Shown here: one piece after another, positions 1 to 10,482 of the stretch
How the letters are laid out: the number at the start of each line of letters is the position of its first letter
How positions within the stretch are numbered: position 1 is the stretch's first letter
Source: Podospora anserina
Taxonomy: Eukaryota
NCBI GenBank assembly: GCA_017654855.1
Contig: CM030333.1
Coordinates: 2,914,001 to 2,978,000, forward strand
Reading direction: 5' to 3'
DNA: 64,000 bases
Made by a program: the position numbers and the translations under genes
The notes under the pieces: model-generated
What the model was told of the DNA's origin: nothing
The model's database searches: none
Seen by the model: the letters and a program-made list of their open reading frames with translations, nothing else

Positions 1-2058
1 CGTTTGGTGGACCCCGCAAGAACCGTGGTTGTTGTTGGCTTCTCGGAACTGGGCCCATGGGGCAATGCCCGGCTACGCTGGGAGATGGAAACTTTTGGCC
101 AGCTAAGTCCTGACGGGTACGTTGAAATGGCTTGGCTTATGGGGTTGATACGACACGTTGATGAACCTTGCAAGGGTGGTCATTATGTTGGGTGGGTCGA
201 TGCCAAAACAGGGGAACCGGTCGACGACAACGACGTGCGGCACAAATACGGCGAATTCATCAAGGCGCACACCGGGATCAGATTTGTCGAGCCAGATACG
301 ATTACAGGCTATGACCCAGCCTGCAAAGAGCTCTTACAAGAGGTCGCCGTGGAGGAAGACCTCCCTCCCTTTGAGACTTCTCTCTCTACGGCTGAGGCCC
401 TGCGACTGAAGCATGGAGACAAAGTAGCCATATTGCGCCTACAAGGGAACTCTGATAGTTATCAAGTTCAGATCAGACGCGGTGCTACCATCCTTGTCCC
501 CAAAGCCATTCCGTTCCCTTGGGGTTCAGTGGCAGGCTTGCTGCCGAGTGGATGGGATGCTGCCAGGTACGGCATTCCAAAAGACATCATCCAGCAGGTG
601 GACCCGGTGACGTTGTACACTTTGTGCTGTGTCGCAGAGGCCTTTTACAGTGCCGGAGTCCCAGATCCAACCGAGGTGTTTCAGCACATTCATCTATCCG
701 AGCTGGGAAACTTCATCGGTTCATCCATGGGCGGTGTCCTCAAGACCCGCCATCTCTACCGCGACGCCTATCTGGACCAAGATATTCAGGCAGACACACT
801 CCAAGACACGTATCTGAACACCACGCCCGCTTGGATCAACATGTTGTTGCTGGGTGCAGCTGGACCCATCAAGACCCCAGTGGGGGCCTGTGCCACTGGC
901 CTAGAGTCTATCGATTCCGCCATGGACTCCATAATGGCAGGCAAAACCAAGATGTGTCTTGTGGGAGGCTACGACGATTTCGGAGAAGAGGAGTCACTCG
1001 GATTCGCCAAGATGAAAGCCACAGTCGATGTGGCCGCGGAGCTGGCACGGGGCCGCCTGCCCTCGGAGATGTCACGGCCGACTGCAGAAAGTCGGGCTGG
1101 GTTTGTCGAGTCCCACGGTTGTGGCGTTCAGCTGCTCTGTCGTGCCGATGTTGCACTGGAAATGGGACTCCCCATCTACGGTGTCATTGCCGGATCGGCC
1201 ACGGCTGCCGACGGCATTGGTCGCTCGGTGCCCGCACCTGGCCAAGGTATCCTGACCTTTGCTGGCCAGGCAGAGCAGCACATGCCACTATACACTCAGC
1301 TGTCCATCAGAAACGATAGCTTTTCCTCTGGCTCATCTTCTGAGCCGGAGCTATGGACCCCTGTGAGCGAAAAGGCTGGCTCAAAATCAACATCTTCTTC
1401 CATAGGGGCGGCTTTGGGGGCTTGGGGCCTCACGATCAATGACCTCGACGTGGCCTCGTTACACGGCACCTCTACCAAAGCCAACGACCTCAACGAGCCT
1501 GAGGTGATACACAAGCAAATGACCCACCTGGGCCGCACCGATGGTGGACCCCTCTGGGCTATCTGCCAAAAGTCCATCACTGGTCACCCAAAAGCGCCTG
1601 CTGCCGCGTGGATGATGAACGGATGCCTGCAGGTCCTCGACAGTGGTCTTGTTCCGGGAAACCGCAACGCCGACAACATCGATCCTGCCCTAAAGGCATA
1701 TCACCATCTGTGCTTTCCCACTAGGACTGTCAGGATGGCTGGTGAAGGGCCCAAGGCCTTTCTGCTCACGTCATTTGGGTTTGGACAGAAAAGCGGGCAG
1801 GTTGTTGGTGTAGCACCGCGCTTCTTCTTTGGCTCGTTGCCTGCCAGCAGCTTTGCAGAATATTGCGGCAAGACCAAAGCAAGGCAGGCAAAGGCTGATA
1901 GGGCGTTTGCAAAAGCGGTCATGGAGAATCAGGTTGTGAAGGTGAAGACGGAGCCTCTGTATGTCAAAAGAGATGCGTCCCGTATCTACTTGGACCGGTC
2001 GTTGAGGGTTGGGCAGAATGATATCACGGGAGCGTACCAGTTTGCCACTGTCTCTTAG
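1..2058 (+). CDS. stcJ: Hexanoate synthase (fatty acid synthase) alpha subunit, 3' part (KS domain); 5' end lies outside the window
   Basis: ORF has fungal FAS2-type motifs GFSELGPWG, TPVGACAT (KS Cys), SLHGTSTKAND, TGHPK and TSFGFGQK. It lies next to the esterase in an ST-type cluster (aflA/hexA ortholog). Confidence 0.93.
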   Translation, partial: RLVDPARTVVVVGFSELGPWGNARLRWEMETFGQLSPDGYVEMAWLMGLIRHVDEPCKGGHYVGWVDAKTGEPVDDNDVRHKYGEFIKAHTGIRFVEPDTITGYDPACKELLQEVAVEEDLPPFETSLSTAEALRLKHGDKVAILRLQGNSDSYQVQIRRGATILVPKAIPFPWGSVAGLLPSGWDAARYGIPKDIIQQVDPVTLYTLCCVAEAFYSAGVPDPTEVFQHIHLSELGNFIGSSMGGVLKTRHLYRDAYLDQDIQADTLQDTYLNTTPAWINMLLLGAAGPIKTPVGACATGLESIDSAMDSIMAGKTKMCLVGGYDDFGEEESLGFAKMKATVDVAAELARGRLPSEMSRPTAESRAGFVESHGCGVQLLCRADVALEMGLPIYGVIAGSATAADGIGRSVPAPGQGILTFAGQAEQHMPLYTQLSIRNDSFSSGSSSEPELWTPVSEKAGSKSTSSSIGAALGAWGLTINDLDVASLHGTSTKANDLNEPEVIHKQMTHLGRTDGGPLWAICQKSITGHPKAPAAAWMMNGCLQVLDSGLVPGNRNADNIDPALKAYHHLCFPTRTVRMAGEGPKAFLLTSFGFGQKSGQVVGVAPRFFFGSLPASSFAEYCGKTKARQAKADRAFAKAVMENQVVKVKTEPLYVKRDASRIYLDRSLRVGQNDITGAYQFATVS

Positions 2059-2154
2059 TAGTTGTTACCAGTTTCGTATTATCGGTACCCAGCTTTAATT
2101 GTTCACGCATTGGTTCAGCTTCAATGATGATTGCCATTCTTCTAACCCAACTGT

Positions 2155-3174
2155 CTAGTCACTGGCCACCCAATGAATTCCCTTGAACATGTTTCCCCAG
2201 AATACCTTTTGATGCTCCGCAAGACTCTTGCAAGGGAACAACCACGAGTAGTGCGGATAACCAGGATAAGCATCGTACAGAACCGCCACGCCAGCTTCCT
2301 CAAGACTATCCTTCATGAGCCTTGCGTCATCTCGCAGCGTATCCGCCCCAGACTCGGTCACGTATACCTTCTTCAAATCCCCGAGGCGGGGGTGAAGAAG
2401 AACAGACAGATATGGATCCTCCGGCGTGCCACCATACGTGTCCAACCAGGATAGCATCGCCGACTTGCTGTTGACCGTGTACTCGTCATTCTCGTCATAC
2501 GAGGTATAACCCTCCCTCTTGTCCAGCGGCACAGCATCAGGGTGAACCGTCACCGGAGCCAACGCCACCACTCCCTTGACCCTATCCCGCATACCCATCA
2601 TCTCAATGAGCTTCAGCCCGACCCCAAACGCAAGATTGCCACCGCTAGAAGTCCCCATCAAGGTAATCTCGTCAGCACCAAAGTGATCGAGGGCCCAAAC
2701 GGCAGCAGCCACCCCGTCGTTCAACCCAGTCGGGAACTTGAACTCGGGCGCGAGTCGATACCCGACGCTGACGATCCTCATCTGGGCATTCTTGCTTAGG
2801 GCGCGGGCGAAGCCATCTTCTTGCTCGACGCTGCCCATGACGAAGCCGCCTCCGTGGAAGTAGACCCCGAGAGGGAGATTGGCGTCACTGGCGTCGTTGG
2901 GGGTGTAAGTCCGGACCGAGAAGTCGCCGAGATGGACTGTCTCGGTGATTATGGTCGGGTCGGGGGGAGGGAAGCCGTATCGTTGCATCATTTTGCTGAT
3001 GAGGATGTTCCATTGCTGCTTGGTTTCGTCCGTGGAGCCGGTTAGATGGGGTGCTTGGCCGAGGTCGGCGATGAACTGGCGGGATTGGGGGTGAATATGG
3101 GGGCCCTTTCCCGATCATGTAGGGGTGAGTCTTACCTCGCGATAGGGTTTTTCCAAGCGGGATTCGGCGTTCAT
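2155..3174 (-). CDS. stcI: Alpha/beta-hydrolase esterase (versiconal hemiacetal acetate esterase type, estA/aflJ-like)
   Basis: HGGG oxyanion motif, GTSSGG nucleophile and C-terminal YPGYPH. Exon 1 is 3174-3136 (MNAESRLEKPYRE); a GT..AG intron at 3135-3076 joins in frame to the 278-aa ORF. Confidence 0.9.
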
Positions 3175-3275
3175 TTTGGGCAAAGCGGGTGGTAGACAGT
3201 GGGACAGAATGAGGAAAAAGGGGCAGCCTTGTCTGACCCAGGATCAACTTTGAGTGGAATAGGTGCTTTTATGGG

Positions 3276-3358
3276 TCGGTGGCCGAAGGGTTCATCCAAG
3301 TGCGGATAGCGCACGGCGTCTTTAGGTGTCAATAACTCCAGCAACCTTCGGCCACCGG
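3276..3358. promoter_or_regulatory. Pair of AflR-type sites in the stcI/stcH divergent promoter
   Basis: TCGGTGGCCGA at 3276-3286 and TCGGCCACCGG at 3348-3358 fit TCGN5CGR. Confidence 0.75.
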
Positions 3359-3487
3359 GGTTTTATACATGTCAGTTATTCGGGTCAAGATGTTCATTGC
3401 CCTCGCCCAAAGTCAACCCTTCACACCTAGCAAGTCAATAAACGATTACGAAGCAATCTTATCAGCAAGCCAGCCAACCAACCAACG

Positions 3488-3932
3488 ATGCCTGTTTACC
3501 ACGTTGCTCTTTTCAAACTCAAACCAGAGGCTGACCCCAACAAGGTGAAGCAGTGGCAAGCACTAGCTGAGGGAATGGTCGGACAAGTACCTGGTAGCAC
3601 CAGCACTCCATGCATCTCACCGAGGAGGATTGCTAACAGGTCTTCCAGGCCTTATAGGTCTTCAGGCAGGCGCGCCCATTGCCTTGACGGCACCCATGGC
3701 AAAGGGCTTTGACATGGGCGTGGTGGTGCACCTGGATTACGTCGAGAGTCTGGCGACCTTTTTTACCCATCCCAGTCATGAGGAGTGAGTTGTTCTTGTG
3801 TCCACTCCATTGATAATCAGGTATTTTTCCAAGCAAGGGTTCCTCTAATTCCAGGTGTCAATCAGGGTCAATGAACTGTACAAAGATGTTTGTGAGATGG
3901 GTAGCACTATTGGATATGACATTGAGTTTTAG
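3488..3932 (+). CDS. Stress-responsive A/B barrel (Dabb) protein, about 102 aa, at the stcH position
   Basis: Exons 3488-3593, 3649-3784 and 3866-3932 splice in frame: MPVYHVALFKLKPEA...AKGFDMGVVVHLDYVESLATFFTHPSHEE...GYDIEF. The HVALFKLK and HPxH pattern is typical of Dabb proteins. It lies between stcI and stcG. Confidence 0.8.
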
Positions 3933-4110
3933 TTTTAAAAGTTTGCTGCTTGCCAATGGGACGCTACACATTGAGACTACCTAGGTGCCGTGAAACCACT
4001 CTGTGTCATACCTACCTACCGGAGTTAAAACCAATCATATGTGTAAAAGAGATAAGGCACATCAATGATATTCAAAACTCTCACGTCAGTGTCAGCCCAG
4101 GTGGCTAAAG

Positions 4111-5066
4111 TCACGCATCAAACCCAGCCTCCCTCCTCCTCTTCATAATCGGCCTCAGTTGATCCCCCGCCCACCCATCCTCATAGTCATCCTTGAGATC
4201 AAACGTCCCCTCAGGCTGAATAGCCAGTGCCCGTCCTGCATTTCCAAGTCAGCATAGTTCCCCTCAGATTTGAAAGCAAAACACATACCATGCACACCGC
4301 CATCAACCGCACAATAACTCGCAGCCTCCACACAAGCCTCCACGCTCACAAAATCCAACACCCTCGCCATATCAACCCCCCTAGCCGCCATCGCATTCTT
4401 AATCGGCGCAACAAGCGGCGTGTCCACAAACCACGGCGCCAGCAAATTGCACCTGACGCCGATATCCAGCGTCCGGGCGCGCGTGCTCCTGAACAAACCC
4501 CGGACGCCGAATTTGCTGGCGGGGTAGGTCGATGCCTTGGGACTGTCCATGTACGCACCGATTGAGGCGACCAGGATAAGTGACTTGTCCGGCTTTGCAC
4601 CTTCCGAACCACCAGTAGGAGGCAACAATCGGAGGTAATACAGCGCCAGCCAGGAGCTGTAATAAACCCCAATCAGATTCACCTCTATATTCCTAATGTT
4701 TGGCTTTGCAGGGTCGGTGTCGAGGCTGGGCTGGCCGGCGGCGAGGACATGGTCGACTTGGTTGCCTGGCATGAAGGCTGTGCCGGCGAAGGTGGCGACG
4801 ATGTCGAGCGCTTGGGTTGGGGAGGAGGTGATTGCTGTTTTGAAGGCTTGCACTTGCGAGTCCCAGTTTGTGACGTCGCACTGGACGTACTTGATGTTGT
4901 TAGGTAGGGAGTCAGGGGGGGTTTGGATGTCGGCGATTGTGACGTGGGCTCCGGCGGATGCCCAGGCGAGGGCGGTGGCGAGGCCGAGGCCGGAGGCGCC
5001 GCCGGTGATGAGGGCTGATTTACCGCGGAAGGTGGAGAGGTTGACGGTGGTGGAGATGGGGTCCAT
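4111..5066 (-). CDS. stcG: Short-chain dehydrogenase (5'-hydroxyaverantin dehydrogenase, adhA/aflH-like)
   Basis: TGGASGLG and YPASK SDR motifs. An intron at 4288-4236 gives the C-terminus [24 protein letters not shown]...GFDA, with the stop at 4113-4111. Confidence 0.88.
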
Positions 5067-5228
5067 TTCGACGGGAAAGGCTGGGGGCGTGCTGGTGGGT
5101 GGGATGATGGGGTTTGTTCGTATGAGGTTCGGTTGACTTCAAGTTATTCTTTTTGTAAGAACTAGCGGTGCCCTGATCATGCAATCTATGCAAACACGTG
5201 GGACGGCCTTCTTCTGGTTGGTAGAAGC

Positions 5229-5299
5229 TCGGGGCCCGGAGGAGGGTTGATGCAGGTTCGGAGGGACAAAACTAGAACTCTAGCAACCTCGAGTATCGG
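5229..5299. promoter_or_regulatory. Two TCGN5CGG AflR-like sites in the stcG/stcF divergent promoter
   Basis: TCGGGGCCCGG at 5229-5239 and TCGAGTATCGG at 5289-5299; these match only the relaxed consensus. Confidence 0.5.
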
Positions 5300-5353
5300 G
5301 CCCTCTACCATCTCTTGTTTGCCCCTCTCACTGTGAAAGGACAAAAGCCCTTC

Positions 5354-6966
5354 ATGATGGAGCTCGTCACACAGTACATCCTTGCTGTAAGTCACGCTTT
5401 GTGAAAGATGAAGAGCCAAACAGATACTGACCAACCCACGGCTCCTTCTCCTAATCCCCATGACGATAGGATTCCATCGCCTATACTTCCACCCACTCCG
5501 GAACCACCCAGGACCACGATTGTGGGCCGTCTCACGTCTCCCCTGGCTCTACAGCACAGTCAAAGGCACCATTATCCAGGACCTCAAAGCCTTCCATGAA
5601 CAATATGGCCCCGTAGTTCGAGTAGCACCCAACGAGCTATCATACACCACCCCCGCCGCAGCAAAGCCAATCTACCAGTCCAACCCGGAATTCCCAAAGG
5701 ACCCCATGCACCTCCCCCCCTTTCACAACGGAACACCAGGCATCCTCGCCGCGGACCACCAAAACCACCGGCGCTACCGCCGCCTCCTCTCGGGAGCCTT
5801 CTCCGACCGGGGAATGCGCGCCCAGCAAAACATGATCCAGCATCACGTCGACCTGCTAGTCTCACAACTCAAACAGGCGGCGTCACAAGACAACAACAAC
5901 AACAACTCGGTAGACATGTGCCAATGGTACAACTGGACAACATTTGACATCATCGGCGACCTCGCCTTTGGCGAATCCTTTGGCTGCCTCTCCAACGCGG
6001 CCACGCACGAGTGGATCGCGTCCATCCAGGGAAACGTCAAGGCCATCCCCGTCATCAACGCCATCCGCCGGCTGAGGCTGGACTGGATCATCCCTCTGAT
6101 CGCCCCCAGGAAACTCCTCGCCATGCGGGCTCGCAACGCAAAGTTCACCGAGGACAGGGTGGACGCCCGGAGAGGGCTCGGGACAACGACGCCACGGGGT
6201 GACTTGTGGGATGGTGTGATGGAGGGCATGTCTCGGGACGAGATGATCAGCAACGCCAGCGCCATTGTCCTTGCGGGGAGCGAGACCTCGGCTACGCTGC
6301 TGAGCGGGTGCACGTGGTTGCTGCTGCGGAACCCCGAGGTGCTGGGGAGACTGACGGAGCATGTACGGGGGTCGTTTGGGGATGAGTCGGAGATTGACCT
6401 GATTAGTGTGGGGAAGCTAGATTACATGCTCGCTGTCCTGGATGAGGCTTTGAGGTTGTACCCGCCTGTTCCTATGCAGAGTAACCGCGTGGTGACTGGC
6501 AAGGGGGGGGGTTCGATTGCGGGTGGATGGGTTCCTGAAGGGGTAAGTTTGTTCCTGTTCCCCAAAAGGAAACATGACAAAGCAACTGGTAGGCTAATTT
6601 GAAAGGACCTGAGACAAGACCTCAGTGGCACTCCAGCTCTACGCGGCATGTAGATCCAGCAGTAACTTCCACCGGCCGAATGAATTTCTCCCTGAGCGCT
6701 GGCTCGGGGGAAAGGACGGGGGTGCCTTTGCCGATGACCGGCGTGAGGTATCCCAGCCGTTCAGCATCGGTCCCCGCAACTGTATCGGCCGCCAGCTCGC
6801 CTACGCCGAGATGCGGCTCATCCTGGCCAAGATCTTGTGGCACTTTGACCTGAAGCTTGATTGCGCCAAGATGCAGGGCCGCGATTGGATGGGGGGCCAG
6901 GGGGTCTGGATCTTGTGGGATAAGCCACCGCTCTGGGTGACGGTACGTCCCAGGCCGCGTTCCTGA
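5354..6966 (+). CDS. stcF: Cytochrome P450 (averantin hydroxylase, avnA/aflG-like); intron-1 acceptor is anomalous
   Basis: PGP, AGSETS, EALR, PERW and FSIGPRNCIG motifs. Exon 1 is 5354-5386 followed by GTAAGT; intron 2 is 6543-6618. It lies between stcG and aflS. Confidence 0.9.
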
Positions 6967-7929
6967 GTTGCTTGGGCGTGCCGCGGAGGATTCAGTGTGT
7001 GAGTGGTAGTGCAGTAGTAATGTGATAGTGCCCACTCCCTCCCCCCACCTGAGCCCCTATTCAGATAGCAGAGGGTGAATTGTGAGGGCCTTGTAGGATC
7101 GATAAGCCCATGCGTGTCAGTGCAAGGGATTCCCTGCGAGGGATTCCCTTGTCGGGGCTTGTACCGTAATGACTACCCTTTGCAATATCACGTCAATCCC
7201 CATCGACCGGTTAAGGCTTTGAACGTAGCAGTCGTGCTGCAGAGTTGTTGTCGTACATACATGAGGTATCTACATAGTACGTGGTCCAGCTGGCTGGTTT
7301 GATGGTCCCACAAGATTACCTCGGCATGAGATCTAGGTATGTGATTGCTGTCCCTTCCTGTTCCAAGATAGGTATGCAGGTGAGAGGCGTTCGCAAAGTT
7401 GAGCGGCCAATGGGATGAGTGAGCCACCATCTACAACCCACCGGTTAGGCGTCCCCGGTGAGGGCCCTATCACCCAATCGACCCATCTTCATATCCTTCA
7501 CCGCTTTTTTGGTGTAAGTCGTCTGCTGCTGGTAGGAGGAGATACGCCGTGCTGTGCCGTGATGCTGCAGCCGGAAGGATTTAAGGATGGCAAAGGATAA
7601 AGTCTTGTTGTATGTGGCCCACTTACTCAGCTGAGCGTGGTACGACAGGCGCTATCGTTTCTTCAAACGATAGCGATCCGCAGTTCGTTCAATTGGAAAA
7701 TGATGTGATGATCGGCTTGGAGTTGACGTTACAGTTATGTCATGGTGTGATACCCCGCACTCTAGACCTGCTGTCAGCGAGCACAGTCTTGCCCGCTGGC
7801 ATGAGGATCAGACGATACAGTAGGTTTCCAGTATGCCTCTAATGCTGCGAAGAGTTCTGATTCACCATCACCATTTGATACAATGCTATCAAAGATATAA
7901 TGCATCAATATAGATTGGCCACTGGAGAA

Positions 7930-9376
7930 TCAGCGCCTAAGATCATCATAGGACTGATATCGAATCTCCAGCGCCACAAACGGGCTGCTTGGGCATCGGA
8001 TCTCATCCGTGACCACAAACCCTCCCGAGCTATCGCGGATACCGTTTAGGAGGTCCACCACCTCTACCTTTTCCGCGTGGCGGCCATTGGAGAGCTGCAG
8101 CAGGGAAATATCCCGCAGCCGTGCCGTCGCCTCAACTTCAACGTCCACCGTACCTGGAGGCGGGAGAACCAGGGCCGTCAGAATGAGTCGGGACCCTGGA
8201 TTGGCCCGCAGCACATCGACGTGTGCGGTAAGCTCTGCAGTGGCGTGGATGGCGATAGTGCTCCACTTGAGGGATGGGGTTGGAGACGGGAGGTGTAGAA
8301 TGTAGATGGCGGCGTTCCGTACCGGTTGCGAGGTCCCTAGAGACCGTTTCTGAAGGGTGACCTTGGCATTGTGATCCGAGTACCCGATTCCGGGGACCGG
8401 TGGGAGGGCGGCAGGGAGGTGGGGGAGACGGGGTAAATCAGAAGAGGAGGGTGTGGTGGTCGAAGGAGCTTCATACATTTGTACGATGAACTGGAGTGTC
8501 GGAAACAAAGCCACCAGGCCAGCCGCTGTAGCGAACGAGTGAGCGCCAACCTGCGATTGGTGGTCAGAGTTATTGTAGTTTCGCTAGTGGGAGATCTCGT
8601 GTGACCAGCTAGGTGGGTGTAGGAGTGTAGCAGGGGTAAGGTAACTTACGTCCACCACCGTGGCATTTCCCAAGCTGCCCCAGTCCACCCGCATCAGCAC
8701 ATCGCGGGTGCCGGCTTGGTCACCGTTTGTAACGGATTCGAGATAAGTGCCAAACTGGCGCTGGAGTCTGGGTTGTAGCTCAAAGACACTGGCTATAGGA
8801 ACGCCGGTATCAAAGGCAACTGTGTAGGCAGACTGATCGGTGCGGTCTGAAGCTCCGTACTGCCTGGTGGCAGTTGCCATCTTCAACGAGGCTGGGGCAG
8901 CGGTGCCCGAAAGAAACATGACGGCGTCGAGAAGTGCCGGCTCGGTCACAAACTGCGCCGATAAAGGGCTGTGGGCGACATGACCCTGCTGGGGCTCCTG
9001 AAGGAATCCCGAAGTGATCATCAGGCGGCTGACTCGGAATAGCTGACCCTCTGGCACGCCACAGATATCGGCCACGTCCTTGAAAGGAACAGCATCGTCG
9101 AGCGGGATACACGCCAACACCTGGAATTCGCACAGCCATTGGAGACAGGCAACCAGTTGAGTCTGCCAACAAGGAGAAGTCTCAGCTTTCCGAAATACCT
9201 AGGCTTCCAAGGCTCGTAACAGGAACCTGGGGAAACACGGGCATGGTAAAAAGTCGGCACGGGTGGGACTAGAGAGACAAGCGGGTAGAAAAAAGCCGAA
9301 ACCGGGGAGATAGGGAAAGAACGATACGCACGTGAAGGGCTAGGCCCCGAAGGAAATCGCTAGGTTGTCGCTGCAT
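7930..9376 (-). CDS. aflS: AflS (AflJ) transcriptional co-activator; start codon uncertain
   Basis: Exons 9376-9332, 9162-8650 and 8550-7930 give QLVACLQWLCEFQVLACIP...GFLQEPQQGHVAHSPLSAQFV...ATVVDVGA...ARLRDISLLQLSN. It is divergent from aflR. Confidence 0.85.
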
Positions 9377-10482
9377 CACCTGTTTCCAACAGGCTTGGTG
9401 ATGGTCAGAGATAATGAGTTCCCAGACCGTGACTGGGAAGTCTTGAGATAAGTATGGGGGCCAGTGGCACCAAATTCTTAGGATATCAGGTGCTCGGCAA
9501 AGTGATTAGGTAGGTATTGAAGGAAGGTAGGATTCCGCTCCGCACTGACGGCGACCTCGGGAGGCTAACAACGAGGAGAGAGAACGGTTGTTTGACAAGC
9601 CATATACTGAACAGCCGTGGGGTCTCAAGTCGATCTGGTGAAGTCGTGTGCGGGTTAGGTAAACGTGAAACATATGGTTTCCGAAGGAAGCTGGGGATCA
9701 AGGAATGGAATTGGTGGAGGACTAATCGGAGGGTGTTTCCCCTAAGAGGAACGAGAAGGGATCTTCCGGTCGCTACTATGGGTGATATCAGTGGTCTGGA
9801 CCCGACAGTCGTATGGCTGGGCTCTGTGCTCGCTGTCAACTCGGTTCATGCGATTATTGTTTTTTCATGATCCTGTGCAGTTCATTTACCAAACGAAGGG
9901 GAACTTACAGCGATGGTTCAGTGTAAAGCGGCTCGACCCAGTGGCGGTCACTAGGCCGGAACAGGAAGGTTGGCGAAAACGCAAAGGGTACCTAGACGAA
10001 GTTGGGGTGGTGGGGGTTGTGATTCAAATCGAGTGTAAGACACTAAGTAATCTGTCGGACCTACTTCCCTCCGTCGAGGATTTCGACCTTCCAATCTCTC
10101 AGTTGGTCTCTGATATGAAGGGTCTCGATACCTACCTGCTGTAAAAGCCCGTCTGACAGACTGTGACAGCTGCTCATAGGGTATGGTGTCACATTCCGCA
10201 TTATGCAAGCAGCATGTCTCATAAGCCTCCGAGTATCTGCTGTGGCCCAGATGCACGGCCAAGTAGCATTGCGTCTGCAGTTGGCTTTGTGAGAGCGGGG
10301 TTATTATGTGCCATAGACAGATGTGTAATGGACTTGAAGCTCGAGCTCGCTTATCAGAGAACTACAGGTACCTCACTGGTGAAGCCGTTCTATATAGACA
10401 GACGCTCTCACCTTCGTGAGCGGCATAACAAGCTCGACGTCAGGTCTGTGTAATCTTATTTTACGCACCTTTTTTCGCGGTA

